Source of the DNA: a virus
DNA length: 31,748 bases
Reading direction: 5' to 3' (one strand)
IMG/VR virus record: IMGVR_UViG_3300024581_003596
Coordinates: 1 to 31,748 of that record
Numbering within the stretch: the first letter of the stretch is position 1; each line of letters starts with the position of its first letter. The position numbers and the translations under genes were made by a program. Shown here in pieces: positions 26,385 through 31,720 of the stretch. The notes under the pieces were generated by a model. The model was not told the DNA's origin. It made no database searches and was given only the letters and a program-made list of their open reading frames with translations.

Positions 26385-26645
26385 TTATTGGTTTTTATAA
26401 TTGTTTAAAGCTGCTAAATAAGCCACTGCATCTAATAAGTTATCTTCTTTGTGATTATATGACTGTCTAGAAAGCTTTAATGCTACCATGCACATATACA
26501 TGTCATCAGCTGTTATCTTTTTACCAGTCGCCGCAGAAGCAATTACTGCAGCTCTTTCCATTCCTTCAGAAAAAGATCCATATTCTCTTTCCTTTTCTTC
26601 AGATCTTTCATTTATGATCTGATCTGCTTTTTGTAAAATATTCAT
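26385..26645 (-). CDS. Small helical protein, resembling the widespread phage family I recall as DUF6378 (often next to nucleotide-metabolism genes)
   Basis: 86-aa ORF. Pattern REYGSFSEGMERAA...ITADDMYMCMVALKLSRQSYNHKEDNLLDAVAYLA. The family name is from memory. Confidence 0.35.
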   Translation of the reverse strand: MNILQKADQIINERSEEKEREYGSFSEGMERAAVIASAATGKKITADDMYMCMVALKLSRQSYNHKEDNLLDAVAYLAALNNYKNQ

Positions 26646-26657
26646 TGATTATAATTT

Positions 26658-26729
26658 AAGGTGACGCTTTCAGGGAGGTGGGATTCCCCTACTCGCGCAA
26701 CACTTAAAAAAATTTTTGATTTTCCCACC
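26658..26729 (-). promoter_or_regulatory. GC-rich structured 5' leader (predicted H-type pseudoknot; candidate riboswitch or translational operator) of the modification operon
   Basis: Minus-strand pairings read by eye. GGUGGGA (26729-26723) pairs with UCCCACC (26683-26677). AGGGG (26690-26686) pairs with UCCCU (26676-26672). An imperfect outer helix pairs 26705-26695 with 26667-26658. The structure ends 12 nt before the ATG. Confidence 0.4.
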
Positions 26730-26742
26730 AGTTACAAATATA
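26730..26742 (-). promoter_or_regulatory. Promoter of the modification/replication operon, with -7 box TATATTTG (26735-26742)
   Basis: A TAnnTTTG box lies immediately after the stop codon of the upstream gene. Confidence 0.45.
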
Positions 26743-27120
26743 TTAAATTAATTCTTTATATAAGTTATTTTCTGTCCTACTTTTTATTTTATCTAGATCT
26801 CTTATTGTAGTAGCATGTAAAATATCTTTTTTAAGATCATAGGTTTTTTTCTTTATTTTCATCTTTCCTTCATAGCATGCTATATCTAATAGTAAAAGCT
26901 TATCATTATATGATCTTAACTGTTTATATTTTCTTATACCATGTAAAACAGTAGCATGATGATGTCCAAACATTTTACCAATACTTTCATATGTCATTCC
27001 AGATTCTCTTAATAAATTCCAAAAATACATTCTGCGATGTACATATTTTGGTTTTCTACTGCGACTTTTTAGATCATGTTTATCTATAAAGTATTCAACG
27101 TTTTTAATCAAGTCTTCCAT
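26743..27120 (-). CDS. DnaA domain-IV-like DNA-binding protein
   Basis: 125-aa ORF. YVHRRMYFWNLLRESGMTYESIGKMFGHHHATVLHGIRKYKQL parallels DnaA domain IV (ARQIAMYL.REL...SL..IG..FG.RDHTTVLHA..KI). Confidence 0.55.
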   Translation of the reverse strand: MEDLIKNVEYFIDKHDLKSRSRKPKYVHRRMYFWNLLRESGMTYESIGKMFGHHHATVLHGIRKYKQLRSYNDKLLLLDIACYEGKMKIKKKTYDLKKDILHATTIRDLDKIKSRTENNLYKELI

Positions 27121-27165
27121 AAATCCAATTTATAATTAAACAATATATATATTCAAATATTTTTT

Positions 27166-27396
27166 TCATGCTTCCCAAATTTTTATGATTAATTTAGGCC
27201 ACATGCCTGACATTTTTATCGCTTCATCTCTAGAGTAAGCTTCAACAGTTTTTATTTTTCTTCTTTCAGGATAGCTTGGATTATTTCCAAGATAATATTT
27301 GTATAAGATTTTAAAGGTTTTCATTTTTCCTATTGCTTTTAAGTATTTATTATATAATTGATCATCAAAATGATCCCATTTAAATGGTGCTTTCAT
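27166..27396 (-). CDS. Hypothetical early protein
   Basis: 76-aa ORF with an ATGA overlap to the upstream gene. Confidence 0.55.
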   Translation of the reverse strand: MKAPFKWDHFDDQLYNKYLKAIGKMKTFKILYKYYLGNNPSYPERRKIKTVEAYSRDEAIKMSGMWPKLIIKIWEA

Positions 27397-27668
27397 GTAT
27401 TTAATTTTAATTCTAAATGTCTACAGATCTCTTCTCTTTGCTTATCGCTTATTTCTAATCCATTTACGCTCTTTAATGTATCTTTTTGTACAAAGCAATA
27501 CATAAACTCATCCTGGGCCCAACAAATGCGATCATGAACATTATTATGACTTATTGGATATTCTGAGCTAATTACATTATTTTGATAATAGCATTCATAA
27601 TCCAGCCAATCAGCTGAAAATTCAATTTTTTCTTCAACTTCATGATCTAAATGTATTTCAATTTTCAT
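27393..27668 (-). CDS. Hypothetical early protein (start moved to MKIEIH)
   Basis: The track ORF extends to 27716. The ATG at 27668 forms an ATGA overlap with the small membrane ORF 27665-27760. Confidence 0.5.
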   Translation of the reverse strand: MKIEIHLDHEVEEKIEFSADWLDYECYYQNNVISSEYPISHNNVHDRICWAQDEFMYCFVQKDTLKSVNGLEISDKQREEICRHLELKLNT

Positions 27669-27760
27669 CTTGCAAATAAATTTATTAATACATAATACAT
27701 AATAAAAGCTCCCCAAATAAAAATCATTGCTAATATTAATTCTTTCTTTTCTTCTTTCAT
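27665..27760 (-). CDS. 31-aa single-TMD peptide (not in the ORF track)
   Basis: My own translation: MKEEKKELILAMIFIWGAFIMYYVLINLFAR. The ATG is 6 nt after the upstream stop and is preceded by a leader-motif variant (AACACACTTAAATAAATAGAT). Confidence 0.4.
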   Translation of the reverse strand: MKEEKKELILAMIFIWGAFIMYYVLINLFAR

Positions 27761-27766
27761 ATCTAT

Positions 27767-27985
27767 TTATTTAAGTGTGTTTGCTAATCTGCTAAATCTG
27801 TAATTAAGTCTTGCTATACACATATTATAAATAACAATAAGGTGCTGATTTTTACTGCAGATGCTTGAAAGTGCTAATCCAGCACCAAATTCATTTTCCC
27901 ATTCTTTTTCATCTATTTGATCTTCAAAGTATTTAATAGCTTCTAAGATCTCAATAAGTGTTTCACATTTTTTTAAGCGTGTCAT
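27767..27985 (-). CDS. Hypothetical early protein
   Basis: 72-aa ORF preceded by the leader variant TAATTAAATACTTAAAATT-ATG. Confidence 0.55.
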   Translation of the reverse strand: MTRLKKCETLIEILEAIKYFEDQIDEKEWENEFGAGLALSSICSKNQHLIVIYNMCIARLNYRFSRLANTLK

Positions 27986-28005
27986 AATTTTAAGTATTTA
28001 ATTAA

Positions 28006-28179
28006 TTATTTTGGCATTTTTAAATAATAATCCAATAATTGCGTTAAATCTTTTAAAGGCGTATTAGATTTTTCAGTTAAGGACAATAACAATTGCTCTG
28101 TTTCGTTTAATAATTTTTCTTTAGAAAGTTTTGATAAATTATTTAAACATTGATTTAATAATTCTTGTTGTGTTTTCAT
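28006..28179 (-). CDS. First early gene, 57-aa helical hypothetical protein (not in the ORF track)
   Basis: My own translation: MKTQQELLNQCLNNLSKLSKEKLLNETEQLLLSLTEKSNTPLKDLTQLLDYYLKMPK. It lies directly behind cassette D. Confidence 0.5.
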   Translation of the reverse strand: MKTQQELLNQCLNNLSKLSKEKLLNETEQLLLSLTEKSNTPLKDLTQLLDYYLKMPK

Positions 28180-28255
28180 TTTTTTAAGTGTTTTAATTAA
28201 TGTATATACAAATCTACTAATTATATTTTAATTAACTAACAAAAAATTGCACTTA
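28180..28255 (-). promoter_or_regulatory. Promoter/leader cassette D (main early promoter): -7 box TAGATTTG (28209-28216) fused to palindrome TGTATATACA (28201-28210), leader TTAATTAAAACACTTAAAAAA-ATG
   Basis: Read directly. It follows the terminator of the late operon. Confidence 0.6.
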
Positions 28256-28260
28256 TAAAC

Positions 28261-28290
28261 AAAAAAAAATAGCTACAAATTTGTAACTAT
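28261..28290 (-). terminator. Intrinsic terminator closing the late/lysis operon
   Basis: Minus strand reads AUAGUUACAAA/UUUGUAGCUAU, a roughly 9-11-bp hairpin with one G.U pair, followed by T9. Confidence 0.8.
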
Positions 28291-28322
28291 TTTATTTACA
28301 TACAGTTATGCAGTAAAAAAAA

Positions 28323-29192
28323 TTAGAAAATTCTATGAGAATCTATGTATTTAGCATATTTATCAACACCATCCTCACGATATCTTTCAATATTTATAGT
28401 CAAAATACGACCTCCTATTGGTTTAATTGGTGCTCCACGTTCTACATGCCAACCTTTCGATCCATCTTGATACTCTTCTTTATATGTTCCGGTGATCATC
28501 ATGTGTACTGGCTGATGTTTTATTGAATAACCTTTTTTTGGATTATGTATTACAGTATCTTGTACATCATTTCTAGCGCTATTTTCATGTATATGACCTA
28601 ATGTAAAAACATCCATACCTGAGTATTTTTCTAATGCGCGTGTTAGGTTTAAAGCTCCTTTTGTAACTATTCCTCCACCTCCTGAACCATGGAAATACTT
28701 TATTTTTGATGTAAACATATTAGTACCTCTATTATTTTTAACTATTATCCAACCTCCATATCCACCTGTATGCACATTAGAATGACATTTTAAATTAAGA
28801 AGATCTACAAAACGACGCAAAATATCACTTTCTTGATATCTGATTATTGCAGTCTCATGGTTCCCATAACCTATTACAGTAAGAATATCTGCATAAGGAG
28901 ACCACCATTCAACCGCTGTTTCTACAATTGAATCTAAGTATCTGCTATTATTATGCTCAGGTCTTATATCACTTTTATTACGACGATTATCGCCGCGCCC
29001 TTGCATGAGGCAGAACATGTCGCCATTGATCATAACAGGAATATTTTCTTCTTTACAATAATTAAGATGCTTCTTTAAAAGATCTCTATCGCATTTAGGA
29101 TTATCCCAGTGTATATCAGACAACATGGCAATGCGTACTTTTGTTTCATCAAAGTATAATTCATGAATATTTTTACCATGTCTTTTTATCAT
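28323..29192 (-). CDS. Calcineurin-like metallophosphoesterase
   Basis: 289-aa ORF carrying the full motif set: LSDIHWDN (DxH), INGDMF (GD), GYGNHE (GNHE), FHGSGGG, and GHIHE (GHxH). Confidence 0.75.
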   Translation of the reverse strand: MIKRHGKNIHELYFDETKVRIAMLSDIHWDNPKCDRDLLKKHLNYCKEENIPVMINGDMFCLMQGRGDNRRNKSDIRPEHNNSRYLDSIVETAVEWWSPYADILTVIGYGNHETAIIRYQESDILRRFVDLLNLKCHSNVHTGGYGGWIIVKNNRGTNMFTSKIKYFHGSGGGGIVTKGALNLTRALEKYSGMDVFTLGHIHENSARNDVQDTVIHNPKKGYSIKHQPVHMMITGTYKEEYQDGSKGWHVERGAPIKPIGGRILTINIERYREDGVDKYAKYIDSHRIF

Positions 29193-29623
29193 AAATACTT
29201 TTTTACTAATTTACCACCTATATACATTAAAAAGCCTAAAATACATATACATATAAGTAACAAATAGTAGTTAGGTTTTTTATTTGCTTTACCTTCAGCT
29301 TTAGCTTTCTGTACTTCTACTCGTGTTATCATTCTTATAGTATCTCTTTTAAGCTTATATTCTATTCTAGTCTCTAGCCTTGTTTTAGGTATTTCTACAT
29401 TCTTATAAAATACTATAGTATCTTTAGAAGTATAAAAATGCTCATATACGATCGTATCATGTTTAATTACTGGTATACTATCAATAGTAGTAATTCTTAT
29501 AGTATCACTCATTTCTACAACTTCTAAGCCCTTTTTAAGTGCCTTTCTATAGTGATAATTAGCTGAACATGCTAGAAGTGCAGAGAATGATCCTATTATG
29601 ATAATATAGCTAAATATTCGCAT
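29189..29623 (-). CDS. Unimolecular spanin candidate (N-terminal lipoprotein signal plus C-terminal TMD)
   Basis: 144-aa ORF. Signal peptide with lipobox LLAC (Cys19), a C-terminal TMD (YYLLLICICILGFLMYIGG, about residues 119-137), and a position directly after the endolysin gene. Confidence 0.55.
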   Translation of the reverse strand: MRIFSYIIIIGSFSALLACSANYHYRKALKKGLEVVEMSDTIRITTIDSIPVIKHDTIVYEHFYTSKDTIVFYKNVEIPKTRLETRIEYKLKRDTIRMITRVEVQKAKAEGKANKKPNYYLLLICICILGFLMYIGGKLVKKYL

Positions 29624-30023
29624 ATTCTACTTGTACATTAAATGACGGACAAGCTTTATTTGCAAATTCATTATGTCCATGAATAGTCATATCTTTATTA
29701 TATTTATATATAAGCTCATGCATAAGATATATTAAGCTGTCTTTTTGTTCTTTAGTTCTAGTATCTTTAGCTTTTTTCATGTCTTTATCCATACCTCCGA
29801 CATAGCAAATTCCTATAGAATTTTTATTTTGACCTGAACAATGAGCTCCTTGCTTTTCTATTGGTCTTCCTTTTTCAATTCTACCATCTATATGAACAAC
29901 ATAATGATACCCAATGTCAGAGAATCCTCTTCTTAAGTGCCAAGATCTTATATCTTCAACATTATGTGGCCTTCCTTCAGGAGTAGCACTACAATGAATT
30001 ATGATCTTATTTATCTTTCTCAT
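29610..30023 (-). CDS. Endolysin, N-acetylmuramoyl-L-alanine amidase (Amidase_2/PGRP, T7-lysozyme-like)
   Basis: 137-aa ORF. IIIHCSATPEG, DIGYHYVV, NSIGICYVGG and HGHNEFANKACPSF are classic Zn-amidase motifs. Confidence 0.85.
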   Translation of the reverse strand: MRKINKIIIHCSATPEGRPHNVEDIRSWHLRRGFSDIGYHYVVHIDGRIEKGRPIEKQGAHCSGQNKNSIGICYVGGMDKDMKKAKDTRTKEQKDSLIYLMHELIYKYNKDMTIHGHNEFANKACPSFNVQVEYANI

Positions 30024-30480
30024 TTATATTTTTAAAGTCTTGAGTAATCTCTTTAGCTCTAGCAAAAAGATTTTTTAAGCTTGCCCAAAGATCAATACCT
30101 TTTACAGCTTTATAATTCTCATTGATGCTTATTAATTCAATACTTACTAAGACTAAAGCAAGCATTTTAGTAACTAACATTTCTATGCTAAAAAATGATA
30201 ATACAATTTCATTTAAAAGATAATAGTCGATCAAATAAAATAAGATCACAGTTGCCTCATATAATAATATTTTTGACATGACAGAAGATAATCTTCTACT
30301 AGTAATTGGCTGCTTTAATTTACGAGCTTTCCAGATTCCTGTAATAGTATCTAATAAGACACATGATGCAATTAATATTAAGATCCCAATAATTGGCATA
30401 AAAAATGATAAAATAATCATAATTAATTTAGTTGAATAGGTTTGTAATTTAGTTCCTAATATATATACTTGATTTATCAT
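30007..30480 (-). CDS. Holin, Phage_holin_4_1 / LL-H-like
   Basis: 157-aa ORF with multiple TMDs. LLDTITGIWKA and VSIELISINENY are the hallmark motifs of this family. It lies upstream of the endolysin gene. Confidence 0.75.
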   Translation of the reverse strand: MINQVYILGTKLQTYSTKLIMIILSFFMPIIGILILIASCVLLDTITGIWKARKLKQPITSRRLSSVMSKILLYEATVILFYLIDYYLLNEIVLSFFSIEMLVTKMLALVLVSIELISINENYKAVKGIDLWASLKNLFARAKEITQDFKNINEKDK

Positions 30481-30481
30481 G

Positions 30482-30643
30482 TTATAGTTGTTCAGAAAGC
30501 ATGTAAGTATAGTAAAATAGCATTAATATACCAAAGCTTTGTAAGTAAATTGCACTAGTTGTAAATATTAAACTAAAAGCTGTAAAATATCCTGCTATAA
30601 AATAGCACACTGCCAATACATTTTGATGTTTTCTAATATCCAT
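30482..30643 (-). CDS. 53-aa two-TMD membrane protein (possible second holin or antiholin; not in the ORF track)
   Basis: My own translation: MDIRKHQNVLAVCYFIAGYFTAFSLIFTTSAIYLQSFGILMLFYYTYMLSEQL. TAATG coupling upstream. Its stop lies 1 nt before the holin ATG. Confidence 0.5.
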   Translation of the reverse strand: MDIRKHQNVLAVCYFIAGYFTAFSLIFTTSAIYLQSFGILMLFYYTYMLSEQL

Positions 30644-30897
30644 TATTCTACAGGTTCTTGTTCACTCCATTCTGCCGTAGCCATAACCGCCAAAGCTTCA
30701 GAGTGTGTTAATTCAGAAACAGGCACTACTGATCCGTCACTTATAAAAGTAGGTGTTGTATTCCACTTAATTACAAATTCAGTTCCAGCTAAATTATAGC
30801 GTAAAGTGTCTGCGCTTGTTTCTCCTATTTGGTCAAAATCTATGCTTGACAAATCACTTGCTTGTATTATTGCGTATGTGCTAAAAGATTTAATCAT
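30643..30897 (-). CDS. Hypothetical protein downstream of the fibre genes
   Basis: 84-aa ORF. No family name recalled with confidence. Confidence 0.55.
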   Translation of the reverse strand: MIKSFSTYAIIQASDLSSIDFDQIGETSADTLRYNLAGTEFVIKWNTTPTFISDGSVVPVSELTHSEALAVMATAEWSEQEPVE

Positions 30898-30919
30898 TTT
30901 AATTTATTTTAATTCGTTT

Positions 30920-31720
30920 TTATGTAGGTACATCAGTTACTCTATTTTCTTCTGCCATATTAACTCCTAAAGCATTATTACTTCCTTGTACGTCTTCTAT
31001 TGGATTCCATTCTCTGCCGTCCCAAGTTGCATTTTCGCCCATTCTGTACCAAGTTGTAGGATTTCTTGATAAGCCTATATTGTTAAGGTCATTAGGTACT
31101 CCGTTATTATAAATTGTAGCTACATCATTTCTTAAATCAGTACCACTCCATATAGCAAACTCGTCTATGTTACCCAAGAATGGATTATATTGACCACTTT
31201 GTTTTTCTCCAATATATAATGGACCTGTTGCGCTTGAAAATGTACCGCTGACTGATGTGGCAGATGTTGAATCCACTCCATTTATAAAAACTTTACCTCT
31301 TTGTGAACCTACACCTTGTGTTGTGTCAATACAATACATAACGTGAGTCCAAACATTTACATTTATAGGTGTAGAAGATGCTCTTATGTATTTAGAGGTC
31401 GAATCTATTGAAAACTGCAATGTACCTGCTGTTGTTAATTCAATTTGGAACTGATGATTAGATACGGTAGCGTTTTTAATTACTGATGCAATTATTTTAT
31501 AATTTGGTATACTTATTGGTTTTATCCAAAACGAAAAAGTAGCCTTTGTTTGTCCATCTAATTCAGAGTAAGTTGTAGCACTCTTAATATAATCATCTAC
31601 TCCGTCAAAACTAAATGAATATTGATTTTGATAACTTGGCGTACTTGCCGTTCCTGTTAAGTTGGTTTCTGGACTCCAACTTGAATAATGTATTTTACCC
31701 CAATCTATTGTATTGCTCAT
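30920..31720 (-). CDS. LamG/ConA-like lectin-fold tail fibre / receptor-binding protein, paralogue B (spans the circular junction)
   Basis: 266-aa ORF. Motifs seen: SFSFDGVDDYI, TFSFWIKP, WTHVMYCID, LGNIDEFAIWSGTDLRNDVATIYNNGVPNDL, WYRMGE. It ends in DVPT. Its first 70 nt are duplicated at 1-70. Confidence 0.7.
   Translation of the reverse strand: MSNTIDWGKIHYSSWSPETNLTGTASTPSYQNQYSFSFDGVDDYIKSATTYSELDGQTKATFSFWIKPISIPNYKIIASVIKNATVSNHQFQIELTTAGTLQFSIDSTSKYIRASSTPINVNVWTHVMYCIDTTQGVGSQRGKVFINGVDSTSATSVSGTFSSATGPLYIGEKQSGQYNPFLGNIDEFAIWSGTDLRNDVATIYNNGVPNDLNNIGLSRNPTTWYRMGENATWDGREWNPIEDVQGSNNALGVNMAEENRVTDVPT

Noticed and set aside
26660-26730. tRNA gene or tRNA-derived attP core in the GC-rich island.
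   Set aside because: I could not draw a cloverleaf: there is no T-loop GTTCRANYC, no D-arm and no 7-bp acceptor stem. The genome also lacks an integrase.
27669-27716. The longer start (MGSFYYVLCINKFICK...) for ORF 27393-27716.
   Set aside because: The extension overlaps a better-placed 31-aa membrane ORF (27665-27760) that is tightly coupled to both neighbours by a 6-nt gap and an ATGA overlap. The choice remains uncertain.
19017-28179. A lysogeny module (integrase, CI/Cro-type repressor, excisionase).
   Set aside because: No tyrosine or serine recombinase motifs and no CI-like repressor were seen in any early ORF. The only small DNA-binding candidates are the RHH and DnaA-IV-like proteins, so the phage looks virulent.
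38-28526. All 16 plus-strand ORFs in the track: 38-244, 703-1011, 1836-2246, 2308-2490, 6903-7142, 7363-7593, 10515-11090, 11465-11662, 12111-12299, 17354-17554, 20491-20697, 21665-21874, 23775-23978, 24717-24902, 25316-25522 and 28335-28526.
   Set aside because: Each lies almost entirely inside a longer, motif-supported minus-strand gene. Their low-complexity F/L/I/S-rich translations are typical of antisense frames in AT-rich DNA. None has a promoter or leader motif in front of it.
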